Positions 1-13,245 of a stretch of 64,000 nt of DNA are shown here, in pieces. The translations under genes were made by a program, and so were the position numbers. The DNA lies in contig OX597826.1 of the NCBI GenBank assembly GCA_951406725.2, forward strand, positions 3,658,001-3,722,000, in the 5' to 3' direction. This DNA comes from Octopus vulgaris (lineage: Eukaryota). The notes under the pieces were generated by a model. It had not been told where the DNA came from. It made no database searches and saw nothing but the letters and a program-made list of their open reading frames with translations. How positions within the stretch are numbered: position 1 is the first letter of the stretch; each line of letters opens with the position of its first letter.

Positions 1-726
1 ATATTTATGTGTTTGTCATTTGGGGGCAGTACGTCGGACGCGATCGTCCGTGGCAATTTTGTTGTGATCGTCTACAACAAAATAATACGCTATGATATCG
101 TAAATTAAGCAGTGTCTTCTCTGCATTAAGTCTGTCGATCACAAATACACAATACAGTACAAGATGATTAAATTTGAATTGCTGCAACTGGCGGATGTTT
201 ACAGCCATATCCAACCAGTAGATATTTTATTTGTCTAACAGAACACATAAAAAAAATGACAGTGGAACTTAGTTATACTACGTAATTTCTTTAGCTAAGA
301 ACTGCTTAGTTTCTACTTAATTTCCATTCAATTGTCTTTTGAGGAGATATTTTAGAACTCTACTGCAAAAAACTGAATAATTTACGTTTTGAGAAGAGTC
401 TCTCTTTTTCATACTTTCGTTTTATTATTAGTTTTATATACTATGTTACAAGTGCTATATTTCAAATATGCAGCAACCACATATTTATCTGAAGTTTGGT
501 TTGAGCAGAGAAGTACTAGTTCTAACCTAGAATATATTAAGTGTTATAAGAGGGAACTTAAGTTCTGAAATATAATCATATTTACATATGAATTCTTATT
601 CAGTTATTTTCCATTAATTTTATTCCTTTTTTTCCCTCTGTATACAATCAGAGACAGAGAAAGGAATGCACACAAACATACATGTACGTATGTGTGTGAA
701 TATGTGCAACGTCGACAAAACCAGCA

Positions 727-1060
727 CCAAGACCAAATTCAGAACTGATGGGAGACACTACAGTCATCGGATGCTGCAGGCCGAGAGCAAGATGGAAAAA
801 GAATCAGAACTCGTCTTACTGTTCACAGATGACTGCGATTTCAACGTCGCCAGAAAGGCCCAGATGTAACAGAGTATGAGCTGTTGTATTACAGCCCGCA
901 TCAACTTTTGCCTTACAATCCATACTCAGAAATCGTAGGACATCACAATCATGCGCCACAGAATCCGTATGCGGAACCAATTATCACTGGCGATGAGAAA
1001 ACCTGAAAGTCGTTCATAGATTCACGTACCTTGGCAGAATATTTATCAGTGCGATGGCTA
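727..1060 (+). mobile_element. Degenerate RTE (RTE-BovB-like) LINE reverse-transcriptase fragment
   Basis: Translates to KFRTDGRHYSHRMLQAESK..LLFTDDCDFNVARKAQM*QSM.., followed by a frameshifted ..RFTYLG. This matches the RTE RT pattern (FRTDG..RLQA..LLFADDCAL..FTYLGS). Stops and frameshifts are present. Confidence 0.85.
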
Positions 1061-3627
1061 TGGTGTCGGTTTTCTGGAAGGTGCTATTAAGAAAAAAGTT
1101 TGAAAGGAATACACCTGATACTAGAAAGGCAAATTGATGTAGTAAGTCCATAATGAGGGATCAGACTAAGGAATACATCTTCCAAATGGATGAGAAACGG
1201 ATACTCGTGTTCTGGAAGCAGGCAGCTAAGAAACCTGCACGTATATACACGTCATGCTTAAATGATGACAAGTGAGTTATTGAGATTAAGATCAATATAA
1301 GAGAATATGATGTGGCAGTGAAGTGTAAGGTTTGCAGCGAATTGTTTCCAAGATATATTTTGATTACTGCAAATGATTTAAATACCAGTAACAAGATTTG
1401 AGAGGATAGAAATGTGTATAAAGGACTTCTTATGAGAATGATTTGATCACTTGCTATGATTTACATGAATTGGGTTCCAAATCTTCAGTTGACTTTTTCA
1501 TCGATGACAGCAGCGTTTAAAATTAGTAATGGTTAGATGCAACATGATGCTATAGAATTGTAGGATGTTAGCGGGCTGCACAATTATGTCCAAGCGAGAA
1601 AACTGTTGAGGTGGTTGTAACCACTTATAAATTGAAAGAGGCATTATTTGCTACGCAGAGATTATTTGCTATGCACGAGCTGGTCTGGGAGAGATACTGA
1701 ACAAACGTATGAGAAAAGAAATCTATCATTTTGAAAAGTAGCAGTTTTACTGAATTACTGCTGACCCTGTTTGCCACGACGAGCTTTAGGGGCAGATGGC
1801 GCTTCTGTAGGAGGTTAAGAGTCCTTGATTTGTAGTGAAATATATAATATCACATCGGGATGGAATTGTATATAAGACGGATAGCCTAAGAGACATTCGC
1901 CAAATTAAGGAGAAAAAACATGGTTTAATGTGGATATAGTAGACGCTTGTGAGAGATATACCAAATCTAAGATCAAAGAATGCATTGTCAACGATTATCC
2001 GTTGCTACGTAGTTTGAGTAGCGCTCATACTGAGTTGAGTTGCACTCATTCTGATTTGATGAGTGCATGGATAAAGGAAACAATCATACTTTAGTTAATC
2101 TACAAAGGTGGGCAAAAACAATCTAGGCGCTACCTGATACTATTAATTCTGCTAGACACGGCTGAATAGAAAGGTACTATACGAAATCGCCGAAATAGTT
2201 CTGATTGCTAGTTGGAAGATAAATAATAACGAGAGAATGGAATGAATATTCAATAACAACAAAATTAATTTTAAATGCCAGAAACAGAAAATAATGTTAT
2301 GAAATGAAGCGTGTTTACATTAGTTCAGCGAACACCATTCATAGTCTAGAATTCCGTTCGAAACTGTATAATTTCTATAAATAAGAGCTGTAAGAAGATA
2401 CCACTTGTTAATCAAGGTCAGCCCTTATCGGAGTGACATTTGAGGAAAGACGTTCCAGCTGTGACCAGCTTCTATAATTTTTGTTTGAAATAATGTTTAT
2501 GGTTATATCCAATTCGTAATTTTCCTTTTATCTTCAGCATTTAGGATGTAAGATCAGAGATATAAATTTGAATTTCTTTCGATGCTGGACATCCTTTTGG
2601 TATACACTTAGAGACCTTCTTAGAACAATGCGGAAAAATCACAAGCGCCAATATTGTTATACAATTGCAGAGATAATAATCCAAAATGTATTAATATAAT
2701 TATGAAAAGAAGCTTGATATAAACAATAAAGAATAAATATCAACATAAGCCTTATTTTACTACATTATATGTTATCAGTTTCCATTCAGATACTACGAAA
2801 AGAAAAAAAGCTCACCATTTGTTTTAGGTAGTAACAAAAAGGACGAGGTTAAAATATTTGAAGAAAGATTTATAAATTCGTATCATTTTCAGGACTTGGA
2901 CAGTGTGAAGCTAATAAATAACGAGACGTTATCTCAGTGTCATAGATAAATATCGTAGAGTCGAGAGATACATGAGATAAGCTGCTCTACATTATGGGCA
3001 TATTGTGATAATGATATTTTCAGTGGAGACAATATTGCTCAGTACCCCGGGTAGATATCTGGAGAGAAAGGGGAGAGAGAGAGAGAGAGAGAGAGAGATA
3101 ACAGATAGTCAGACGTGTATGTGTGCATGTATGTATAGACATTTACGTATACATATGTGTGCATCAAAATATCCATGTATGATATAATTCTTTTAATGTG
3201 TCCTCTAAAGCTCCTCTGCGGAATTCGACTACCAAATGTTATTATACAGTAGAACTTCTGTTACTGCATAACATGTAGAAATATCCCTAAAGTAAATATA
3301 TATATATACATACGAGATGGAATGGACAGGTTTTATTACATATATCTACAATTAATTTAATTTTTCATTATCAGCTGTTAATTGCCGAATGGTACTTATA
3401 GTATACGTAATATTATATTTATATGATTCAACCATAGCTGTATCCATTCGCATCGTCAGGTGATCAGAGTCAAAGTGTTGCTATTTTATAGCTATTGCTA
3501 TAATACAATATTGCATATAATTTATGTATCATTCAGCAAATAACAACAAAGATATGTAATGATATGTCATAATACATACGTGAATACAAAATAATAAAGA
3601 AGGTGCGTGGTATGACATCAAATAATA

Positions 3628-3832
3628 TTCCAAGAATTTAACAGAAACACAACAAGCAGAAAACTTGGGTGCAAGACGTAGCTAATTCCTCATCAGTCAT
3701 CGTCCGAAAGTCCATAAGAATTTCGCAGCTGGTACGAATCTTTTATGATAATTTGGACGATGATTGATGAAGAATTAGCTAAGTCTTGTCTGTAAATTTT
3801 CCGTTTGCTGTGTTTCTGTTAATTTTTTGGAA
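3628..3832. repeat. Imperfect ~200-bp palindrome (foldback element)
   Basis: Left arm ttccaagaatttaacagaaacacaacaagcag...tcatcgtccgaaag is the reverse complement of right arm ...ttggacgatgattgatgaag...tgtttctgttaattttttggaa. There is almost no loop. Confidence 0.85.
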
Positions 3833-4010
3833 AAATATATACATGTATGTATGCATGCTTGCATGTGCGTATGTACGTAAGTCTGTATGATTGTATGTAA
3901 GTATCTATGTATGTATGCATGCATTTATGTGTATATATATGTAATGCTGAAAGCTCAGTGCATGTCGTGGCCACGGAGGGTTGTAATGAGTTTGAATTGA
4001 CGAGTCCTGG

Positions 4011-4540
4011 GTTTTAACTGTTCAGATATCGCAACACCAGTATTTAAGGAGTTTTCATAAGCAGCCAACACATACCTGCTTAACTGTTCAGCTATCACAA
4101 CAACAGTATTTAAGGAGTTTTCAGGAGCAGCCAACACGTACCTGTTTTAACTTTTCAGATATCGCAACACCAGTATTTAAGGGGTTTTCAGGAGTAGCCG
4201 TCACATACCAGTTTTAGCTGTTCAGATATCGCAACACCAGTATTTAAGGAGTTTCCAGGAGTAGCCATCACACACCTATTTTAACTGTTCAGATATCGCA
4301 ACACCAGTATTTAAGGAGTTTTCAGGAGTAACCGTCACATAACTGTTTTAGCTGTTCAGATATCGCAACACCAGTATTGAAGGAGTTTCCAGGAGTAGCC
4401 ATCACACACCTATTTTAACTGTTCAGATATCGCAACACCAGTATTTAAGGAGTTTTCAGGAGTAACCGTCACATAACTGTTTTAGCTGTTCAGATATCGC
4501 AACACCAGTATTTAAGGAGTTTTCAGGAGCAGCCATCACA
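4011..4540 (+). repeat. 67-bp minisatellite, 8 units
   Basis: Motif ttcagatatcgcaacaccagtatttaagga (with variants) recurs at 4021, 4087, 4154, 4221, 4288, 4355, 4422 and 4489. Confidence 0.97.
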
Positions 4541-4766
4541 GAATTTTAAATTCCAACAGAATATTTAATGCAGCAAAACGTACTGAATATTTCCTTGTAT
4601 ATGCTTTTCGTGTGTGATTTGCGTGAGGAACTTGCTGCTATTTTTAGGAGATTCAGCGACCTCGTGCTCGGCCTGAAGTGTACTACTGTTATCAATTAAG
4701 AAATGATACTAAACTAGAATCAATACTTTCTTCTCTTCTTTTCCTTTTTTTTCTCTCTCTCTTCAG

Positions 4767-4977
4767 ATTGCCGGAATCAGAGCCGTTTTTGTTTCTTTAC
4801 ACTTCTCTGCTCAATTCTGATCTAATATTGAAAGCTACTTTACAGATAACTGACCAACACTTTGATATTTGTGGAGTAAAACACATTAATCAATGTATGA
4901 ATGACTTTCAAAAAGACGTCTTCGAGCACAATGAAACAACACAGACGCATATAAAAAGACGAAGAAGCCTGAAGTGA
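4767..4977 (+). other. Possible terminal coding exon, unidentified
   Basis: Strong pyrimidine tract plus AG (ttttttctctctctcttcag), then an open frame LPESEPFLFLYTSLLNSDLILKATLQITDQHFDICGVKHINQCMNDFQKDVFEHNETTQTHIKRRRSLK*. No recognised homology. Confidence 0.25.
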
Positions 4978-5249
4978 TTTACAATGTTTACAGGTCTTTG
5001 TGTGTGTTTTTATTACTATAGCCATTCATTCCGATATTATGGTTTCATTAGAAATTTTCATGTTATGGTTATTGTATATTATTAAACAAATATAATGCAA
5101 CAATTTTTTCTTATATAAAACAATATATTTAACAGAAACTATTTATGGGAATTCGCTAGTACATAACAAACATAATAATAATAATGATAATAATAATAAT
5201 AATAATAACGATGATGATGATGATGATAATAATAATAACAAAAATAATG

Positions 5250-5295
<46 letters not shown>

Positions 5296-5297
<2 letters not shown>

Positions 5298-5755
5298 GGC
5301 TACAGCAAATATTCCGCTCAATACCACAGATTTGCGTGTCAGTTGTTTGACCTTAACCAGTTGAGCATGTCCCTTAGTGGCTGACGATATGTGCATCTCT
5401 GATCACGAGCAGAAGTAGTGGGGGAGCATCATAGCCATGTGTTGAGAGGGATTCTTTGGGGTATTGAATAATTCACCTCTGGAAACATGGGTGGTTCTTT
5501 CAACATCCTTAAACAACCCTTATTCAGGGACCGTTTGAGCGGGATGGGCTACTCAACCTGAAGAAAATTCTAACTGGGCCCCACCTGCAAGGTCATGTGC
5601 TGTTTATTTTAATATGAGATCATCATTTCGCGCACATATGGTTGTGATGCATGTGCCTGGTGTACCCTTATCAGACGGGGAGTCATGATGGGTATATTGG
5701 GCTTCGTATATTTTACCCCAGTGTCACTTTGATGGCATGAACTGCTCTCTCACTC

Positions 5756-5757
<2 letters not shown>
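5296..5757 (+). mobile_element. Non-coding retroposon with (TAA)n tail (family E), 5'-truncated
   Basis: Same sequence as 33677-34215 (+) and 36226-36780 (-). Ends ctctctcactc(aat)n and is flanked by (TAA)n on both sides. Confidence 0.85.
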
Positions 5758-5816
<59 letters not shown>

Positions 5817-5823
5817 TAATTAG

Positions 5824-6160
5824 CATCTCAAGGCGACTACAGTACCAGTGATTGTAGGATCTCTAGGCATGGTAAAAAAAAGGTACTGAAACCTATTTGA
5901 AAATGATACCAGGCTTACCATCCCTTGAGGAAGTGCAAAAAATCGTGTTATATGCAACGACTCATGGACTGAGAAGAGCATTATCGCTGTGGAAACAACA
6001 TCCTTTCATAATTTTATTTATTTATTTATATTTTGAATACATATTTTACCTGTGAATTTGCGTGTGTAATCTGGGAATGCATACAATGAGCTTCTCTGCC
6101 CTAGGTGCACGGAAAACACTCGACGAGAAACGGAAGAAAATTTTAAGAAAGAAGTAAAAA
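5824..6160 (+). mobile_element. R4/Dong-clade LINE 3' end
   Basis: Encodes HLKATTVPVIVGSLGMVKK/GTETYLKMIPGLPSLEEVQKIV. Homologous to the 3' end of 53610-54990, including the 3' UTR. Lies between (TAA)n tracts. Confidence 0.85.
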
Positions 6161-6204
6161 ACATAATAATAATAATAATATTAATAATAATAATAATAAT
6201 AATA

Positions 6205-6236
<32 letters not shown>

Positions 6237-6239
6237 CCA

Positions 6240-6990
6240 GCGAATAGCCCCTTTACATGAAAACTACGCCCTGGACAGAGCACGGAATTGGTACGAAGAT
6301 AAACCAGAAGGAGTCACCGAGAACAAGGAATTTAAGATAATGTGGGATTTTACAATCCAGTGTGTCTCCCTAATTGATGCTCGGAGACCAGATAATGTTG
6401 CGGTATATGAAAGAAAAAAGGGAACCAAAGATTATAAATATTCTTTTCTACTCTTGGCACAGGGCTCAAAATTTTGGTAGAGGAGGCCAATCGATTAGAT
6501 TGATCGCAGTACGCAACTGGTACTTAATTTATCGACCCCGAAAGGATGAAAGTCAAAGTCGACCTCGGTGGAATTTGAATTCAGTGAGTAAAGACAGACG
6601 AAATACCGCTAAGCATTTCGCCCGGCGTGCTAACGTTTCTGCTGCGTTCAAGATTGTAAATATTGCAATACCTGGGGAGGTACGGATAAGGGATAATAAA
6701 CTAGAAGAGATTGAAAAGTACAGAACACTAAAAGACCAAAATGCAAGAAAATGAACTATGAATAGATTGTCTGCCATTCCAATAATTGTAGGGGCACACC
6801 GAACAAGAGCGCCCAAGATCAAGAAATGTGTCAGGGAAATGAGAATTGACATGTGACCAGAGCAAGCCTCAAATCTGCTCTGATGGAGGCAGCTAAGATT
6901 TTGAGATTGGTACTTGGACGTTGAATGATGAAGTTTCAAAGCTTATAATGTACGGAAAGAGACCCTATGAGACCTCTTACCGAGCACTCT
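6240..6990 (+). mobile_element. Degenerate R4/Dong-like LINE restriction-like endonuclease fragment, interrupted by a SINE
   Basis: Reads NWYEDKPEGVTENKEFKIMWDFTIQC..IDARRPD.. and resumes after the SINE as KIVNIAIPGEVRIRDNKLEEIEKY..IPIIVGA (PD-(D/E)xK-type RLE region). Confidence 0.8.
6443..6649 (-). mobile_element. SINE family C, with 15-bp TSD
   Basis: Core gtcgactttgactttcatcctttcggggtcgataaattaagtaccag on the minus strand. TSD aagatt(a/g)taaatatt at 6428-6442 and 6650-6664. Confidence 0.9.
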
Positions 6991-7010
6991 GAGACGTAAA
7001 ACACCACCAC

Positions 7011-7041
<31 letters not shown>

Positions 7042-7095
7042 AACAACTACAACAACAACAACAACAATAATAATAATGATTAAAGTACAGATTTC

Positions 7096-7427
7096 ACAGC
7101 CTGCTCGTGAAATTAACGTGTAAGTGGCTGAGCACTCCACAGACACGTGCACCCTTAACGTAGTTCTCGGGGATATTCAGCGTGACACAGAGAGTGACAA
7201 GGCCGGCCCCTTGAAATACAGGTACAACAGAAACAGGAAGTAAGAGTGAGAGAAAGTTGTGGTGAAAGAGTACAGCAGGGATCACCACCATCCCCTGCCG
7301 GAGCCTCGTGGAGCTTTTTTAGGTATTTTCGCTCAATAAACACTCACAACGCCCGGTCTGGGAATCGAAACCGCAATCCTATGACCGCGAGTCCGCTGCC
7401 CTAACCACTGGGCCATTGCGCCTCCAC
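7096..7427 (-). mobile_element. tRNA-derived SINE family A (possibly octopus OR1/OR2-type)
   Basis: Head gtggaggcgcaatggcccagtggttagggcagcggactcgcggtc...ggtttcgattcc contains A and B boxes. The head is shared with 8006-8304 and 55588-55884; the tail differs. Confidence 0.85.
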
Positions 7428-7448
7428 ACAATAATAATGATAATAATG

Positions 7449-7597
<149 letters not shown>

Positions 7598-8005
7598 AAG
7601 AAGAAGAAAAAGAATTTCTCATATTGTCACATAGCAAATGCCTATACATACCTATGGTTATATATATATTGGACTTATTTGGCCCTAATAGTTCATCGAT
7701 ATTTACATTATAGAAACAGGTGTATGTAAAAATGCAAGAGGCCTTCGTGATACAAACGAAAAAACATAAAAGCATATAATAAAAAAATAAATACGATAAA
7801 ACATTCGCTGACGCTCTATATATGACAGCATCCACAGCCACGTCAGGAATAAATTGTTATTAGAAGGTCTAATTTGTTACATTTAGTAGTTGTACCTGAC
7901 AAGTGCAAAGGTATTTCTATAGTAATTTGTTCTCTGTATACTCTGAGTTCAAATACTGCGTCGAAATGTCCATCAAAATTTATGCCTTCGTGATCAACAA
8001 AATAC

Positions 8006-8304
8006 CCTTCCTTCTCGAGCCATACCTGGCTCATAAGGGCTGGTTTCCCGGTTTCCTTGGCGTATAGGCTCCCCACCTTGACGGGACGCCAGTCCGTCGC
8101 AGGTGAACTGCAAGATGCAGCAGGAAAGAGTGAGAGAAAGTTGTGGCGAAAGACTCAACAGAAGTTCGCCATTACCTTCTGCCGGAGCGACGTGGGGCTT
8201 AGGTTTTTCGCTCATAAACACACACATCACGCGGTCTGAGATTCGAACCCGCGATCCCTCGACCGCGAGTCCGCTTCTCTAACCACTAGGCCATGTGCCT
8301 CCAC
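8006..8304 (-). mobile_element. tRNA-derived SINE family B, full length with 14-bp TSD
   Basis: Contains A and B boxes. TSD gatcaacaaaatac at 7992-8005 and 8305-8318. Homologous to 55588-55884. Confidence 0.92.
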
Positions 8305-8677
8305 GATCAACAAAATACATATTAATACTACATTCGGAACAGTGAATAAACTTGTGTGATCCCTCTTCTGTAAATAAAGAAAAGCTTCCGATGAATATAT
8401 TCTGAATACTCGAGAACAAAATCAAATAACAGTGAACTGAACCAAGTAAATCAATTTCTACTTGGAAGTATTTCATTTCAGCCATCTATGTTATTGCTAT
8501 TATTTAGAAAAGAATGAAGCTAGTAAAATTTCCTTTTCATTCTCCAATACCATCTGTGGAGACAAATATAGGTTCAAATAAATATTACAGCAAAGTGACT
8601 CTCTTGCTCTATCTCTCACTTTCTGTATGTATGTATGTATGTATGTATGTATGTATGTATGTATGTATGTATGTATG

Positions 8678-8940
8678 CCTTTGTTAGGGCATCCTTCTAG
8701 GAGAGGTTAACTCAGGTAACTGGGATAACTCCGACATAAAACCTGCGGATCAGTGGTTACCGATGATGTTGACTTGTTCTTCTTTTCGGATTATGGCTGC
8801 TGTTGCTTAGTGAGTGGGATTGACTCAGTGCACAGCCTTTCCTCACTTAAAAAAAATCTTCTTGCACAGGCATTGCACGATAACACCATTGATTAAGCTT
8901 CGTGCAATGACCATACTCGATAACGAGGGGGCAGCCACAA
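8678..8940 (+). mobile_element. Short non-autonomous retroposon with an RTE 3' tail
   Basis: The last 48 nt (8893-8940) match the RTE 3' end at 28403-28450 with 2 mismatches. The element sits inside (TATG)n. Confidence 0.8.
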
Positions 8941-10467
8941 TGTATGTATGTATGTATGTATGTATGCATGTATGTATGTATGTATGTCTTATATATGTAT
9001 GCATATTTTATATGTGTATGTATGTGTTATATATGCATGTATAATGTATGTATATTTGCGTTACACATGTATGTCTTATATATGTACATATGTATATGTG
9101 TATGTATATATATATATATACACACACATATATATATATACGTGTGTGTAGATATGCGCGTGTATGTTTGTGTATTTGTGTGTTAGTGTGTATGTGCGTG
9201 TGTGTGTGTGCGTGTTTGTGTGTGAAGGACTCTGCCGTCGGTTTTGAAGTATAAGAATGCAACCACCTGCAAATACGTAGTCAGTCATAAAGTTTACGTC
9301 GAATGTGTGACATTTGAGTTCCTACAACGAACTGCAAAGAAGCCTTCACATCGAGTAAATATGGGTATTACGGATCTGTACAGGTGGTATATTCCATTTA
9401 CAACCTCTTTTCTACTTTGCCTTGTTCCCCTTGGCCTGATAGTTTTGCTTATAAAAAGTCCCTTGTACCATTTCGACACGACGGTCTCCAGTTCGTTCGC
9501 ACCAAGGCTGTGTGTGTATGTATGTATGCATCTGTATTTATGCAAACATACACAGAGACGCGTGCGCGCGTGTTTCTGTGATTGTGTCTGCGCGTGCGTG
9601 CTAATAACCAATTGTAGAGCTAGATACTTCGAATATTTCACACATACAACAATATTTCTTTGGTAGTGTAACATTGTTGAAATTTATTTAATAAAATATG
9701 CATACTTCAAGTTTAGAGCGGTATTATCTTAATATCCGCGTATAAATGGCTTATATGAATTTAAACTTGAAAAAAACACCTGCCCGATTAAATATATTCA
9801 CGTATGTTATATATCTCCCGGCTCAGAATGGACGCAAGACTATAAAATATATACCCATACACTATCAGCATATGCGTTCGGCAAAAAGATGAGAATGAGG
9901 ATATTACTGGTTGTCTACACGTCAATTTTGCGAGAAAGCAAAACGGAAACTTTCAAAAATTTTGAGGATTTATATAGGTGATAACTCTTCTTAAATCTTA
10001 AGTGTGAATTTTAATGGATACATTGTTATCGGTGAAGTACACCCTGAGTTACCATTCTAGAAGACTATTTTTGAAATGTCCAACAGAGAAATCTAAATAA
10101 TTAATACGAATACATATGGTAATTGATAGAATAGGCTCATTATTACAACATGGAATATAAGGATTTTTAATGATCAAAATTGACTAGAATGGAAATAAAG
10201 AATGTGATATTTGCGAGGAAGAGAAACGTTTCGACCTGAAATATTAGTTTTCTCTGAGCGGAAAATAATTTGATGTGTTAATTTTTTTTTTATTACACCT
10301 CATCTCTTTTACTTGGCTGAAGTACCCCAATCACGGGCATGTGCGTAGGGTTATATACTTTGGAATGTGACACATTTTTCGTTTTTCTTTTGTTATTGTC
10401 TTCATCCTTTCTGACATTTACCATGAACAGTACAATTCTTTATACATAGTCCTGTGTCTGTGAAACT

Positions 10468-10775
10468 ATGTGGTTAAATCGTCGGGCTCAGAATCATGAG
10501 GTAGTGAGTTCGTTTTCTTGGCGGGGTTATGTGTTCTTGAGCAAGACACTTTATTTCATGTTCCAATTCAGTCAGCTGTAGAAATGTGTTAGAATGTCAC
10601 CAGTGCGAAGCTGTATCGGCCGCTTTGCTTTCCCCTTCAATAACACCGGTATAGAGGGGAGGCTGGTATGCATGGACGATTGGTGGATTTCCACAAACAG
10701 CTTTGTCAGGATTTGTGCTTCGGAGGGGAACTTTCTAGGAGCAATCCCATCGTCATTTATGACCTAAGGGGATCT
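10468..10775 (+). mobile_element. tRNA/CORE-like SINE family F
   Basis: Reads gtggttaaa..gagttcg..cttgagcaagacactttatttc.. and is homologous to 16611-16935 (-). Confidence 0.75.
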
Positions 10776-10802
10776 ATATGCTTTTTGCTCTTATATACAT
10801 AC

Positions 10803-10852
<50 letters not shown>

Positions 10853-10863
10853 AGAGAGAGAAC

Positions 10864-10897
<34 letters not shown>

Positions 10898-10979
10898 GGT
10901 CCCGAGTTGAGTCGGGGTTAACCACAGTAAATAAGGTACTCAATACATAGCAGAGTAAATTAATTTATTATATAGAAGG

Positions 10980-11030
10980 AGCTTCTACAGGACTAGAACT
11001 GTTTCATTCAAAAGAAATCATCAGGAAGCT
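10980..11030 (-). ncRNA. Type I hammerhead ribozyme
   Basis: Minus strand reads AGCTTC-CTGATGA-TTTC TTTT GAAT-GAAA-CAG TTCTAGTC CTG-TA-GAAGCT. It has a 6-bp stem I, an intact core, stem III and a GUA cleavage triplet. The stem II closing pair is U.U. Confidence 0.85.
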
Positions 11031-11239
11031 AGTAGACAAGAGTTGTTTTGGCATTTATACATTTAGGCAGGTTTAAATGGGTGGTGGTGGGGGACTTTTT
11101 GGGGGGTAGGCATGGAGCAAACCCGTCATTATTAGGGGAGTGGTCAAAGGAATCGGTGGTAAAATAGATAAAAGAATAAATAAAAGAATAAAAGAATAAA
11201 TAGAAAAATAGAGTTTTAGGTAAGTAAGGAGACTCTCAC

Positions 11240-11248
11240 TTGTACATC

Positions 11249-11289
<41 letters not shown>

Positions 11290-11987
11290 CCACATATTCA
11301 CATATATCTATATATATACATACATACCCATATATACATACATATATATACACATACATACGTATACATATATATATACATATATATACATATATATACA
11401 CATACCCATGTACATACACACAAATGCACATATACATACATATATATACATATATGTATACACACTCGCACATATATATACATACACACATATGCACATG
11501 CATATACATGCACACACATACACACACATTTTTATTCCCTTATTTTAATTTTATTATTACTTTTGTTTATATCTTTATTTTTATCTTGACCGCGGTCAGC
11601 CGGTCTCAAGGGATGATCTAAAGAGTCAGTTCATCTATCTACTCACTGATACGAACGCAAGCACTCACTCACGCCCACACACTCACACGTACACTCATAC
11701 TCATACACACACGCACGTGTTATATTCATACACACATACATCTACATACATTCACGTATATTCACATACGTACACTACCTACTGATTCATATCTACACGC
11801 ATACACATACATACCTCAATACACCCACAGAAGACAAGTCCATACATATACACTAATAAATATATATACACATATACACATACACATACATACACATACA
11901 TACATATACATACACATATACATATATATATACATATATATACATATACATATACATACACATATACATTCATACATATATACACAT

Positions 11988-12032
<45 letters not shown>

Positions 12033-12365
12033 TACACATCCACACACACACCCGCGCATCTATATATACACATAAGTACATACATGCATAAATGTATACA
12101 TATGTCTATACATATGCATACACATCCACACACACACGCGCCTCCTTATGTTCATAAATACATACATGCATACAGGCATATACATATATACATACATGCA
12201 TACTCAAATAATAATAATAAATATATATACGTGCAGTTACCCATTATACAGACGGATACATACATATAAACATACCCATATATACCTATTTACACATATG
12301 TATATATACATACATACATACACACATAACTCTACATACCTACATATACATAAACACACAAGCGT

Positions 12366-12430
<65 letters not shown>

Positions 12431-12513
12431 CATATATACACACACATACACACACATATATATACATTTACACACACATTTACACATATATATACACATA
12501 CATATACACATAC

Positions 12514-12557
<44 letters not shown>

Positions 12558-12974
12558 TTATATATACACACAAGCACATACATGCATAAATGTATACATA
12601 TGCTTATACAAATGCATACACATACACACACTCTCGCGCCTCCTTATATACATAAATACATACATGCATACAAACGCATACTCATGTAATAAATAATGAA
12701 TAATAAATAATAGATATATATACACATGCAGTTACCCTTTATACAGACGGAAACATACATATACACATACACGTATATACCTATCTACACATATGTATAT
12801 ATACATACATACATGCACATACACATAACTCTACATACTTACATATACATAAACACACGAGCGTACACATATATATATATATATACACATATATATACAT
12901 ACATTCAAATACATACACACATATATACACATATATATATATACATATACATATATACACATACATACACATAC

Positions 12975-13017
<43 letters not shown>

Positions 13018-13160
13018 AAAACCACACACATACACATACACATGTACATACACATACACATACATATACACGCACTCACATACATGCGTATATTCCTACT
13101 AACACCCATTCATTTCTATACATATATACAATACATATATACAAGTGTACATATACAATA
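11240..13160. repeat. Compound (TA/CA/TACA)n block containing a ~500-bp tandem duplication
   Basis: catgcataaatgtatacatatg...cgcgcctccttat...gcagttaccc...agcgtacacata occurs starting at 12083 and again at 12581. Confidence 0.85.
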
Positions 13161-13245
13161 TGTGAATAGTCTTAGGAGGAAAGTTAATCGGGGGTGCTGG
13201 GGGAACGGTGGGGTTGGGGGGGGGGGGTTTGTGGGTGGGGTGTCG

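Noticed and set aside
4011-4540. CRISPR-like 67-bp periodicity
   Set aside because: The whole unit is conserved, so there are no unique spacers. No cas genes are present and the context is eukaryotic.
7652-7895. Hydrophobic minus-strand ORFs resembling signal-peptide or membrane exons (also 14249-14440 and 17573-17776)
   Set aside because: T-rich strands readily yield F/L/I-rich frames, and no consistent exon chain or homology was found.
11216-13109. Many long YI/HT/VC-rich ORFs here and throughout the window
   Set aside because: They are translations of (TA)n, (CA)n and (TATG)n microsatellites that happen to lack stops.
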